Assembly: GCF_030144855.1 (NCBI RefSeq)
Contig: NC_082706.1
Coordinates: 106,578,001-106,642,000, forward strand
Direction of reading: 5' to 3'
Source of the DNA: Hypanus sabinus
Taxonomy: Eukaryota
DNA length: 64,000 nucleotides
In this document: positions 21,672 through 35,000 of the stretch, one piece after another
Layout of the letters: every line of letters begins with the position of its first letter
Numbering within the stretch: position 1 is the stretch's first letter
The notes under the pieces: generated by a model
Told to the model about the DNA's origin: nothing
The model's input: only the letters and a program-made list of their open reading frames with translations
Database searches by the model: none
Translations under genes and position numbers: made by a program

Positions 21672-24600
21672 TTTAACTCCATGTTCCGACAGACCATGTA
21701 TCTGTACATGTGTCCTTATCACTTGTTCCGCCTCTCCTTTCTCTGCTACACACTTAATATTCCAGAACCGTGTAGTCCCCACCTGTCCTTTATTCTTCAG
21801 CTCGCTATCCTCTCTCACATTCTGGATCCCTGCCCCCTGCAAATTTAGTTTAAACCCCCCCGAGCAGCACTAGCAAACTTTCCTACAAGAATGTTAGTAC
21901 CGCTCCGGTTCAGGTGTAAATCGTCCTGTCGGAACAGATCCCACCTTCCCTGGAACAAAGCCCAATTATCTAAAAACCTGAAGCCCTCCCTCCTGCACCA
22001 TCCTCTCAGCCACATATTAATCTGTATAATCCTTCTGTTCCTTATCTCACTCGCACATGGCACAGGTAGCAATCCTGAGATTGTTACCCTGGAGGTCCTG
22101 CCCTTCAGCTTCGCACCTACCTCCCTGAACTCACTACGCAGGACCCCCTCACTCATCCTACCCACATCGTTGGTCCCTATATGGACCACAACATCTGGTT
22201 TCTTGCCCTCCCTCTCGAGCATAACCTGCACCCGACTTGAGATATCCCAGTCCCCGGCACCAGGGAGGCAACATACCATCTGAGACTCCCAATCTTCCCC
22301 ACAAAATCTCCTATCTGCCCCCGACTATAGAATCCCCTATCACTACCGCTCTCTTCTCTTCCCTCCTCCCCTTCCTAGTCGAGGGTCCAATCTCAGTGCC
22401 AGAGACAGGACCACTGCAACTTGTTCCTGGTAGGTCATCCCCACCATCAGTATCCAAAACGGTATACTTACTGTTGATGGGAACAGCCGCAGGGGTGCTC
22501 TGCTCTCTCTGTCTGCACCCCCTGCCTCTCTTGACTGTCACCCATTTGCCTACCTCCTGTCTTTTCTTGATTTTACTTTATTAGAAGTGATAGCATTCAA
22601 GCCCTGCCACAACTGTTGAGTATTCTTCGTTGATTCAGGTTTAGTCTGGCAATGCCATTTTGCCCATAAGGAGGCTTTCCAGAGAATGTACCAGGACCTC
22701 TTGTAACTTTATAGGTCACCACACGTGAATGCCTCTGATCTGGCCCTCAGCAAATTGCTGATTTCATGATTCATACAAGGTTTCTGGCAGGAGAAGACTC
22801 TGAATGATTTTGTGGTGACACACTCGTCTACAACTATTTTTCTAAAGTCCAAAATGTAGGTGCACATTGAGCCTACATGGTGTAGGTGTATTTATTCAGA
22901 TCCATAGATGAGTCCCTAAAAATGGCCCCGTACACTCAAAGGAATTCCATATAGCAATAGCCACACATCTGCCTCCCTCGACCTCTTTGTTGTACTAATC
23001 TCTGGAAATTATATCCAGCTCCTTGATTTCCCTCCCTCATAGCTTGTGACATCTGCATATTGTCTTTCAGTGAATAATGTGCAAAGGTGTCCTGGGCCCT
23101 CTGAACATACACGCCTTGCAAACTCCCATCATTTGCAGGAAAGCTTCATTTGAACTAGCGAAGATGAAGTCATATTTTCTTCAGTTCATTCCCTTCAGCA
23201 ACAAGCATTTCATTGGATACTACAGTGGGGGTGGGGATAGAATGACCTATCAGTACACAGCAGCAGCAGCCAGGCCAATGGCAGTACAGCCAGCTCTGAG
23301 GCTCAGCAGTGAAGGGTAAAATCAAGTAGACAGACAGTGATAGGAGACTCAATAATTCAGGAACAAACAAGAGATTTGGTGGCCATGACAAAGATGCAGA
23401 ATGGTTTAACGAAAAATTCCTTGGCAGATGAGCCTTCCATGTGTCATCTGAGCATTCCTGTGACAATAATCTGATGAATAATGTATGAGTACTTCCTCCC
23501 CCTTCAATACCTCCTTCCCTGTCATGTCTAAATCAGTCGAATGCCAGAACATTCAGCTGCCAGTCCTGCCCCTCCTGTAACCATGTCTCAATAATGGTTT
23601 CAATATCATATCCACACATGGATCCATTCTCTATGTGCATCAGCCTCACCTACAACCCTTCTTGCCTTCCAATAGATGCAATTCAGAATACTTATCCACC
23701 ATGCTCAACCTTGCAGTTTCCATATCTGCTTAAAAACAAGAAATTCCACAGATGCTGGAAATACAAAGCAATATCCACAAAATCTTTGTTTGTAGTCATT
23801 ACATCTGTATTTTTTCCACAACCATTGCTGTCCTGCCACTCTGGATACCATCCCTCTTAAACATTAGTTTGAACACTTCCGAGCAGGATTAGCAAACCTT
23901 CCTGAAAGGATATTGGTTCCTCTCCAGTTTGGGTGAAACTGTCCTGTTTCCTGACATCCCACCTACCCTGGAATGAAGTTCAGTAATCCAAAAACTCTGA
24001 AGCCTTCCCCCATGCACCATCTGGTAAGCCACATTTTCAACTGCACTGTCCTCCTTATTTTTTGTCTCACTAGCATGGATAGCTTCCTGTGATCTCCATC
24101 TTGGGGGTCCTGTCTTTTAACTTTACAGTTTAGGCATCCGTTAGTCTCGTGAGACCATGGAGTTGCACCTTGGAAGGTTTCCAGGGCACAGGCCTAGGCA
24201 GGTTTGTATGGGAGACTGACAGTTGCTCAAGCTGCAAGCCTTCCCCTCCTCAAGCCACCGATGTTGTTCAAGGGAAGGGCACAAGGACCTAAGCAGCTTG
24301 GCACCGGTGTCATTGTAGAGCAATGTGTTGTTAAGTGCCTTGCTCACAGACACAACCACGCTGCCTCAGCTGAGGCTCGAACCATAACCTTCAGATCACT
24401 AAACCGATGCCTTATCCACTAGGCTATGTGCCAGCAGAAAAGAAAGTAATTTTACCTTCAGTAAAGAAAGAAGTTAGAAGAACTTAAGCTCGTAGAAGTT
24501 TATGAAATCACGAGGAATATAGTGGAGTTATAGCCTTTTCCCAGGATTGGAGAGTCCAAAACTAGAGGTCACTGATACAAGGTAATACAGAAGCAATTCA

Positions 24601-24954
24601 AAAGAGCCCTAAAAGATAATTTCTTTATGCAGAGGATAGTGAGCTGCCTGAGGAAGTGGTTGAGTTTGTGTATTTGTAATATTGAAGAGGTATTTGAAAG
24701 GGTACATGGAAGGAAAGGTATTAGAGGACAATGAGTCAAGTGTAGCAGCTGGAACTAGCAGGGAGAATGTGGTCATCATGGACCATTGGGGCCGAAGGGC
24801 CTATAATCCATACTCCGTTACTCAATGGTTCCATGAAATAAAAACATAAAATGCTTAAAATACTCAAATGGACAGATGGCATCTCTGTGAAAAGAAACAG
24901 AGTTAAGGGAAGTCAAAGATAGCATAGAAGCAAAAGAGAGGGCAGGAATTATGC

Positions 24955-25910
24955 TAGAACCATTGAACACTACAACACAGTACAGGCCCTTCAGCCCTCC
25001 ATGTTGTGCCGCCCCTTTTCATCCTTAAAAAAAAGTACTAAATCCACACCCCCATAACCCCTTCATTTTTCTTTCATCCATGTTCCTGTCCGAGAGGCTC
25101 TTAAATACCCCTAATGTTTTAGCCTCCACCACCAGCTCTGGCAAGTCATTCCAGGCACTCACAACCCTCTGTGTAAAAAACTTATCCCTGATGTCTCTCC
25201 TAAACTTCCCTCCCTTTATTTTGTACATATGCCCTCTGGTGTTTGCTATTGGTGCCCTGGGAAACAGGTGCTGATTATCCACCCTATCTCTGCCTCTCCT
25301 AATCTTGTAGACCTCTATCAAGTCGCCCCTCATTCTTCTATGCTCTAAAGAGAAAAGTCCCAGCTCTGCTAACCTTTCTTCATTTGACTTGTTCTCCAAA
25401 GCAGGCAACATCCTGGTAAATCTCCTCTGCACCCTCTCCATAGCTTCCACATCCTTCCTATAATGAGGTGACCAGAATTGAACTCAATACTCTAAGTGCA
25501 GTCTCACCAGAGATTTGTAGAGTTGCAACATGACCTCTCTACACTTGAACCCCTGTTAATGAAGCCTGGCACCTCATAGGTCTTCTTAACTAGCCTATCA
25601 ACCTGCACAGTGACCTTGAGGGATGTATGGACAGGAATCCCAAAGTCCCTTTGTTCAACCACACTCTTAAGTAACTGACCATTAATCCTGTACTCAGTCT
25701 TCTGGTTTGTCCTTCCAAAATGCATCACCTCACACTTATCCGAATTGAACTCCATCTGCCATTTTTCTGCCCAGCTCTGCAGCCTGTCTATATCCTCCTG
25801 TAAACATCGACAACGTGCAGCTCCATCCACAACTCCTCCAATCTTCGTGTCATCCGCAAACTTACTCACCCAACCTTCCGCCTCTACATCCGGGTCATTT
25901 ATAAAAATCA
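24955..25910 (-). mobile_element. 5'-truncated CR1 3' fragment (copies at ~35795-36755 and ~57100-58055; related piece ~43445-44145)
   Basis: ORFs 25025..25450 and 25504..25911 (FADD, VQRRFTRMLP). Confidence 0.85.
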
Positions 25911-25992
25911 CAGATTTTTCTCGGAGAAGACAATAAAAATAAGGCTGAAAGAGAAAACTGATCAGATATGTTTAAATGGCTGAGCTGACTCA

Positions 25993-28900
25993 TAGAAACA
26001 TAGAAAACCTATAGCCCAATACAGGCCTTTCAGCCCAGAATGCGGTGCCAAACATGTACCTCCTTTAGAAACTACCTATGGTTACTCATAGCCCTCTATT
26101 TTTCTAAGCTCCATGTACCTATCCAAGAGTCTCTTAAAAGACCCTTTCATCTCTGCATCCACCACCATTGCCGGCAGCCCATTCCACCCTCTGTGTAAAA
26201 AACTTACCCTTTATATCTCCTCTGTACTTACTTCAAAGCGCATTAAAACTGTGCTTTCTCATGCAAGGCGTTTCAGCTCTGGGAAAATGCCTCTGACTAT
26301 CCACACGATCAATGCCTCACCTCATCTTGAACACCTCTGTCAGGTCACCTCTCATCCTCCTTCGCTCCAAGGAGAAAAGCCCAAGTTCATTCAACCTATT
26401 CTCATAAGGCATGCTCTCCAATCCAGGCAACATCCTTGTAAATCTTTTCTGAACCCTTTCTATGGTTTCCACATCCTTCCTGTAGTTAGGTGACCAGAAC
26501 TGAGTACAATACTCCAAGTGGGGTCACACCAGGATCCTATATAGCTGCAACATTACCCCTCAGCTTTTAAACTCAGTCCCACAGTTGATGAAGGCCAATG
26601 CACCATATGCCTTCTTGACCACAGAGTCAATCTGTGTAGCAGCTTTGAGTGTCTTATGGACTCAATCCCCAAGATCCCTCTGATCCTCCACACTGCCAAG
26701 AGTCTTACCATTAACACTATATTCTGCCATCATATTTGACCTACCAAAATGAACCACCTCGCACTTTTCTGGGTTTAATTCCATCTGCCAATTCTCAGCT
26801 TAGTTTCTCATCTTATCAATGCCCGGCTGTAACCTCTGACAGGCCTCCTCACTCTCCAAAATACCCCCAACATTTGTGTCATCAGCAAATTTACTAACCC
26901 ATTCCTCCACTTCCCTTACAAGTCATTTATAAAAATCACAAAGACTAGAGGTCTCAGAACAGATCCCTGAGGCACGCCATTGGGCACTGACCTTCATGCA
27001 GAATATGACCCATTTACAACCACTCTTTGCCTTCTGTGGTCAAATCAATTCTGGATCCACAAAGCAATGTCCCCTTGGATACCATGCCTCCTTAACATCT
27101 CTATGAGCCTTGCATTGGGTACCTTATCAAATTCCTTGCTGAAATCCATATACTCTAAATCTCCGGCTCTACCTTTATCAATGTGTTTAGTCACATCCTC
27201 AAAAAATGCACTCAGGCTCGTAAGGCACAACCTGCCTTTCACAAAGTCATGCTGACAATTCCTAATCATATTAGCCTCTCCAAATGTTCATAAATCCTGC
27301 CTCTCAGGATCTTCTCTATCAAATTACCAACCACTGAAGTATGACTCACTGGTCTATAATTTCCTGGGCTATCCCTACTCCCTTTCTTGAATAAGGGAGC
27401 AATATCTGCAACACTTAACCCTCCAGAATCTCTCCTGTTCTCATTGATGATGTGAAGATCAATGCCAGAGGCTCAGCAATCTCCTCCTTCACCTCCCACA
27501 GTATCCTGGGGCAGATCTCATCCTGTTCCGGTGACTTATCCAAATGAATGCTTTCCAAAAGCTCCAGAACATCCTCTTCCTTAATATCTACATGCTCAAG
27601 CTTTTCAGTCTACTGGAAGTCATCCCTACATTCACCAAGATCCTTTTCCATAGTGAATACTGAAGCAAAGTATTCATTAAATACCTCTGCTATCTCCTCT
27701 GGTTCCACACACCCTTTTCCATTGTCGCACTTGATTGGTCCTACTCTCTCACATCTTATCCTCTGGGTTCTTCATATATTTGTAGAATGCCTTGGGGGTT
27801 TCCTTAATCCTGTCTGTCAAGGGCTTCTCCTGGCCCATTCTGGCTCTGCTAATTTCATACTTAAGCTCCTTCCTGCTAGCCTTATAACCGGCAAGATCTC
27901 TATCATACTTACTTTTTTTGAATCTTTCATAAGCTCTTCCTTTATTATTGACTAGGTTTATAACAGCCTTTGTACACCACAATTCCTGTACCCTACCAGA
28001 CATTCCGTCATTTTGAAATGTATCTATGCAGAACCCCACAAAAATATCCACTGAACATTTGCAACATTTCTTTCGTACATTTCCCTGAGAACATCTGTTT
28101 TCAATTTATGATTCCAAGTTCCTGCCTGGTAGCCTCTTATTTCCCCTTACTCCAATTAAACACTTTCCTAACTTGTCTGTTCCTATCCCTCTCCAACGCT
28201 ATGGGAAAGGAGATAGAATTGTAATCACTATCTCCAAAAAGCTCTCCCACTGAGGGATCTGACATCTGAACAGGTTAATTTCCCAGCACCAGATCTAGTA
28301 CAGCCTCTCCTCTTGTAGGCTTATCTACATATTGTGTCAAAAAACCTTCCCAAACACAACTAGCATATTCTACCCCATCTAAAACCCTCGCTCTAGGGAG
28401 ATGCCAATCTATATTTTGGAAATTAAAGTCTCCCACAACAACAACCCTGATATTAACACATCTTTCCAGAATCTGTCTCTCTATCTGCACCTCAATATCC
28501 CTGTTACTATTGGGCGGTCTGTAAAAAACACCCAGTAGAGTTATTGACCCCTTTCTGTTCCTAACTTCCACCCACAGAGAGTCCGTAGACAATTCCTCCA
28601 AAACTTCCTCCTTTTCTGCAGCCGTGATCAATAGTGCCATGCCCCCACCTCTTTTGCCTCCCTCCCTGTCCTTTCTCAAACATAAAAAGCCTGGTACCTG
28701 AAGTATCTATTTCTGCCCGAGCCATCCAAGTCTTTCTAATGGCCACAACATCATAGCTCCAATTACTGATCCACGCTCTAAGCTCATCCACTTTGTTCAT
28801 AATACTCCTTGCATTAAAATAGACACATCTCAAACCACAAGTCTGAGCATGTCCCTTCTCTATCACCTGATTATCCTCCCTCTTGCACTAACTCCAAACT

Positions 28901-29716
28901 TTCACTATTTGTCAGCCAACCACCTCTTCCTCCGTCACTTGAGTTCTTTTCCCACCCCTCAGCAATTCTACTTTAAACTTTTCACAATAGCTTTTGAAAC
29001 GTCCCCGCCAAGATATTGGTCCTCCTGAGATTCAAATGCAATCCGTCCATTTTGTACACGTCATACCTGCCACAAAAGAGGTCCCAATGATCTAGAAATC
29101 TGAAATCCTGCCCTCTGTTCCAATCTTCCAGCCACACATTTATACTCCACCTCATTCTATTCCTATACTCTGTCACGTGACACAAGCAGTAACCCTGAGA
29201 TTACTATCTTTGAGGTCGTGCTTATCAACTTCTTTCCTAACTCCCTGCAGTCTGTTTTCGGGACCTCCTCCCTTTTCCTACCTATGTCGTTGGTACCAAT
29301 ACGTACCACAACCTCTGGCTGTTCTCCTTCCCACTTCAGGATATCGTGGAGACGTTCAGAAACATTTCGGACCCTGGCACCTGGGAGGCAAACTACCATC
29401 CGTATTTCTTCCCTGCATCCACAGAATCGCCTATCTGACCCCCCTAACTCCAGAGTCCCCTATCACTGCTGCCATCCTCTTCCTTTCCCTACCCGTCTAA
29501 GCCACAGGGCCAGACACTGTGCCAGAGGCACAGCCACTGTTGCTTCCCCCAAGTAGGCTGTCTCCCCCACCGTATTCTACACAGAAAACCTACCTGCGCT
29601 CGACCTGTATTCGCCGAAGACCCGTTGAGCCAAAGCCTTCCCACTCTGTCGTCCGCTCCTCCCACTCCCGCTCTATAAAGCTGACTTCTTTTAAACTCTT
29701 CTCGCTGTTCTCACTG
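25993..29716 (-). mobile_element. Near full-length CR1 of unit 2 (type-B marker), ~340-bp ORF1 deletion relative to the unit-3 copy
   Basis: Tail, RT, EN and ORF1 (GTNDIG) fragments; flanks GCTGACTCA (25984-25992) / GCTGGCTCA (29717-29725). Confidence 0.85.
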
Positions 29717-30365
29717 GCTGGCTCAATGGATCGAATGGCCTAATCCTGCACCGATGTTTTGTCTTCTTACGTCTGGGAGAGCGATTGCAGTCGGAAAATG
29801 TACAGAGGAAGCTTCTTAATCGATTAACTGAACCTGCGCTAAAGGAGTTATCAGAAGGAGAAATAGTGAACGAATGAGTTGATGTAAGGAGAAGGTTTGC
29901 GGGTGGTTTGTAATTAGTACTGGGTTAGTTATGGCACTTGGATGTTTACAGAAAGAGGGTCCTGGGCATTCAGGAAAGGACGTGCACTGCCTCGGCACCA
30001 TGGTAGCCTAGCGATTAGCGCGACTCTATCACAACTCCGGGTTTTGTCAGGGGTGGCTGGGCCTACCTCGCCGTGTATCGCTCAATAAACATACAAATAT
30101 CGTGCTTTCAACATTTCCCATCGGAAGCTAATGTAAGCGGATATTTACTGACAGGTTCTGCCCAGTTGGAATCATTAAAACCACATTAATGGGGAATGAT
30201 GAAGAGATTCACAGACATGTTGCAGATGGCATTCGGCTCATTAAACATCCCACCCAACGGAACGTACAAGGAATACGTTGGCAGCGACAGGAGACACCAG
30301 ATGAGACAAAGTGAAGGCCAAGTTGATGAAACTGGGGGTGCCTGGGTGAATTATCTCCACGTACT

Positions 30366-30737
30366 TGTTACAAGGGGCGACGGCGGAGAACCCAAGTGCA
30401 GGACACTGGAACGTCGACTCGGAGAGGCTGTCGTAGAATTGAACGTGGAGCAGAAAACCAGGGGGATCTTGACAAGGAGACGGGACTCACAGGGATTCTC
30501 TAGAACTAGAGCGGAATTTAAAATTACCTATTCTAATCAGACTAGGGAACGAAGTATCACACAAGGACTGACCAATGAACTGACACCTGAAATAGGGTCG
30601 TCCTCGTATTTATTTCCCATTCTCTGATTGAAAGCCAGATGAACGGTAATTGGGTGACTAGCAGCAATTAACTGAAATTGGAGCATGATCAGTGAGAAAG
30701 GAGTGTTAAAGTGGAACGGCCGACCGGAACCATAACA
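30366..30737. mobile_element. Solo LTR, 372 bp, unit-2 specific
   Basis: TGTTA...TAACA termini with a perfect 5-bp TSD GTACT (30361-30365, 30738-30742); empty site CACGTACTCCTGCC at ~10438. Confidence 0.85.
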
Positions 30738-31590
30738 GTACTGCTGCCGCCTGAAAGCGCCGGGCAACACCCCTCCCACCGCTCAATGAAGTCACTTGCT
30801 CCAACTGTGGTGATAGGCGAGAAATTTCGGGTATTTCACAAAACAGAGATAAAGGGAGCATAAATATTTTAAATATGTTGATATATGATTGAGAAGTCAA
30901 CTGGCAGGAGTTGATAAATTTGGGGAAAGTTAGTGTAACGCTATTATAGAGACAGCGATCCAGGTTAAATTCCGCTGTAATTCTGAAAGGGATTTGTACG
31001 TTATTCCTGTGACCGGGTGGGTTTCCTCCGGCTGCTCCGGTTTCCTCCCACGTTCAAAACACGTATGGGTTAGCAGCCGCCCAAAGCAACACACACAAAA
31101 TGCTGGAGGAACTCAGCAGGCCAAACAGCGTTTATGGAAAAGAGTAAATAGTCGACGTTTCGGGCCAAAACCCTTTTCCAAGACTGGAAAGGACGGGGAG
31201 AAGTCAGCGTGAGAAGTCCTTCAGCATCTGAAAATTTCTCCTGTTTGCGGATTATTAGGTTAATTCATCACACAGATGAAATTGGATCCCCGGGCTCGTT
31301 GGCCCCGAAAGGCGTGTTATCGTGACGTATTTCTTCATGTTAAGCGAGAGCAAGTTCGAACCCCCCCCCCCCCCCCAACCAAAAAAAAACTCGTCTAATG
31401 AACTGCCGTGCAATTCCAGCAAAATCTCATTTCATGCGGAGGAAGTAATAGTGTGTTGTTTTCAAATGGGGTTGGAAGGCGTGGTCTGTGACACGTTAAC
31501 AGAAAGTGGGACGTGAAGCGTGGTGTTATTTATAACTAGCCAGGCCACATCTAAATCTGTGTCACATTCAGTCACAACTCGACAAACAAC

Positions 31591-32014
31591 ATGCGGCTGG
31601 GTTGCGTGGCTTTTGTGATACTTTTTCTCCGTTAGTTGATTGATTTTCATCCACTTACACTCTGTTTGTTTCAGTCTTTCAAACATGTTATGACTTTGAT
31701 TTCTATTTCCACAGGCAGATGCCTCGATGCTGAATTGATACAGTCTCCGATCTCCATCACCCGAAATGAGGGCGAAAGTATTGGAATGTCCTGTGATCTG
31801 GGCACAGCGAACACGGAGTATATCCACTGGTATCGGCAGTCAGATGGGCAACGCCCGGTCAGGATCCTTTATTACAATAAAGGGGTCAACGTGCGCGACA
31901 ATGGATTTGATGACAGATTTACAACGTGGAAAGTTATTCAAAACCAGTATTCTCTAATTGTGACTCCTCTCAAAAAAGAGGATTCCGGCACCTATTACTG
32001 TGCCTATTGGGACT
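31591..32014 (+). CDS. TRGV: TCR V gene segment 2 (gamma-like): leader 31591-31630, V exon 31715-32014
   Basis: Same exon/intron architecture as V1, open frame, conserved Cys/Trp/Cys. Confidence 0.8.
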
Positions 32015-32053
32015 CACACAGTTAAACTGCAACCGGTGCCGCTGACAAAAACT
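32015..32053 (+). other. 23-RSS of V2
   Basis: CACACAG + 23 nt + ACAAAAACT. Confidence 0.9.
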
Positions 32054-35000
32054 CTTCCTCAGCGCAGAGGTCGCACGAATCATTTCCGACTCAGCGAATT
32101 CGCAGCTTCTGCCATAAACTCCATCACCTTTCTTCGGATAAACAACTCTATCCAAATCTACGAAAGTTACCCGATCAGCCTCATCGATAGGTTATACATT
32201 TTCACCTGTCGCCCGAGAAGAGGGAGTTGGAAGAATATTTCACCAGGGTACGAGAGCCCAGACTAGGGCAGATAGTTTTAAAGTGAGAGGGGAAAGATCT
32301 ATAAGAGACCTGTGTGGTATGTTTTTCAGGGAAAGGGCGGTGGGTACAGGCAACAAATTGCCAGAGGAAGAGTTAGAGGCAGGAACCAATTAGGGATTTA
32401 AAAATCATTTGGGCATCGACATGGACAAGAAAGGTTCCGAGAAATACAGCTGAAATGCATGTAAACAGAACTGGTATAAGTGGGTAACTTGCTCGGTAAG
32501 GACGAGTTGGGCCGAAGGGCCTGATTCTGTGCTGTAGATCTCAATGGCTCTTAAAATTACTTCAAATCTCTGCACGGTCGCCACTAACGCTCCTTTATTC
32601 CGTGGAAAACTTTCCCAACCTATCCGACCTCGAAAACTAAATCCTCCAATCCCAGAAACGGACCTTCTGCATCCTCTCTAGTTCAATCACAGACAAATAT
32701 TTAAGCAATAAATACTGAGAAAATGAGGTGTAAAAACCTTTAAAGTGACTCCATATGTTTTGGGAACACTTCAGTGATGGGGCAAGTGAAGTTATACCTT
32801 TTGGTACAAGAGCCTGATTGTGGAGGGGTAATACCTGTCCCTGAACCTGGTGGTGTGAGTTCTGTAGCTCCTGTACGTGCTTCCTGACTGGAGCAGTGAG
32901 AGGAGAGCATGACCTGCAATGTGGAGAGGGTTTCCAATGTGGTGATTCTGATGACGGATGTTGCTTTCCTTAAAACATCACTTCTTAAAACATTTCCTCA
33001 CTGTGGATTTAAGTGATACTGGACTTTAGTCATTGCGGCAGGTTACCATGTTCTTATTAGGCCCCAGAATAAGTGAAGTCTGATTGAAGCAGATGGGTAC
33101 ATCAGTCAAAGTGAAAGGTTAAAGATCAGTGAACAGTCCAGCCAGTTGATTAGCACTGGTCTTTAGTTCTTGGCCAGGTATCATCTCTCAGCTGGATGAT
33201 TTTCATGGGTTCATCTTCCTGAAGGCTGCCTGCACATCAGTCTCGGAGACTAAAATCACTCGATCATCTAGTGCTGTGAGTGCTTCTGATGGTTCCTCCA
33301 TGTTTTGATGGTCAAAGCAAGCATATAATGCATTGTGTTCATCTGGAAGTGAGCCCTGGTGTCACCTATTGTCACTTGATTTTACTTTATTAGAAGAGAT
33401 AGCATTCAAGCCCTGCCACAACTATTGAATATCCTTCGTTGATTCAGGTTTAGTCTGGCATTGCCACTTTGCCTGTGATGTGGCTTTCTGGAGACTGTAT
33501 CAGGACCTCTTGTAACTTTCTTGGTCACCATACGTGAATGCCTCTGATCTGGCCCTCAGCAAATTGCTGATTTCATGATTCATACAAGGTTTCTGGCAGG
33601 AGAAGACCATGATGTAGGTGCACATTGAACCTACATGGTGTAGGTGTATTTATTCAGATCCATAGACGAGTCCCTAAAAATGGCCCCGTCCACTCGAAGG
33701 AATCCCATACAGCAATAGTCGCTCATCTGCCTCCCTCGACCACCTATTTGTTGTCCTAAACTCTGGAAATTATATCCACCTCCTTGATTTGCCTCCCTCA
33801 TAGCTTGTGATATCTGCATATTGTCTTTCAGTGAATAACGTGCAAAGGTGTCCTGGGCCCTCTGAATGTACACACCTTGCAAACTCCCATCATTTGCAGG
33901 AAAGCTACTATTAAGCTAGTTAGGATGAAGTTGTATTTTCTTCAGTTCATTCAGTATGGCCGACTCTGAGGCTCAGCAGTGAAGGGTAAAATCAGGTAGA
34001 CAGATAGTGTTAGGAGACTCAATAATTCAGGAATGAACAAGAGATTTGGTGGCCGTTAAAAAGACACAAACTGGTGTGCTGCCTCCCAAGTGCAAGGATT
34101 AAGGATATCTCAGAGAAGCTGCAGGAGAGGTAGGGTAACCAGACAAAGGCCATGGTGCACGTTGATGCCAATGACATTGGTGAAAATGGGGAGGCGATTT
34201 TGCACATTGAGTATAAGGAGTTAGGGAATCCATTCTTTATTCCAGTTTAACAAAAAATTCCTTGGTGAATGAGCCTTCTGTGTGTCATCTGAGCATTCCA
34301 CTGACAATGATCTGATGAATAATGTATGAATACTCCCTCCCCCTTCAATACCTCCTTCTCTGTCAGGTCTAAATCAGTCGAATGCCAGAACATTCAGCTG
34401 CCAGTCCTGCCCCACCTGTAACCATGTCTCAATAATGGTTTCAATATCATATCCACACATGGATCCATTCTCTATGTGCATCAGCCTCACCTACAAATCT
34501 CCCTGTCTTCCAATAGATGCAACTCAGAATACTTATCCACCATGCTCAATCTTGCAGTTTCCATATCTGCTTAAAAACAAGAAATTCCACAGATGCTGGA
34601 AATACAAAGCAATATCCACAAAATCTTTGTTTGTAGTCATTACATCTGTATTTTTTCCACAACCATTGCTGTCCTGCCACTCTGGATACCATCCCTCTTA
34701 AACATTAGTTTGAACACTTCCGAGCAGGATTAGCAAACCTTCCTGAAAGGATATTGGTTCCTCTCCAGTTTGGGTGAAACTGTCCTGTTTCCTGACATCC
34801 CACCTACCCTGGAATGAAGTTCAGTAATCCAAAAACTCTGAAGCCTTCCCCCATGCACCATCTGCTAAGCCACGTTTTCAACTGCACTGTCCTCCTTATT
34901 TTTTGTCTCACTAGCATGGATAGCTTCCTGTGATCTCCATCTTGGGGGTCCTGTCTTTTAACTTTGCAGTTTAGGCATCCGTTAGTCTCGTGAGACCATG

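Larger units (their letters stand above)
12894..22565 (-). mobile_element. CR1 LINE (~3.9 kb, 5'-truncated within ORF1), unit-1 specific, itself hosting the ERV
   Basis: ORF2 fragments 12990-15721, ORF1 fragments 21845-22541 (GDSIV, GTNDV, DDLH); CTATTGT tail at 12894; empty site (GTCACTTGATTTT) seen at ~33370, ~45730, ~55000. Confidence 0.9.

Noticed and set aside
31360-31390. C-run/A-run upstream of V2
   Set aside because: A simple homopolymer expansion of the CCCC/AAAA tract present in the other units; its length is unreliable.
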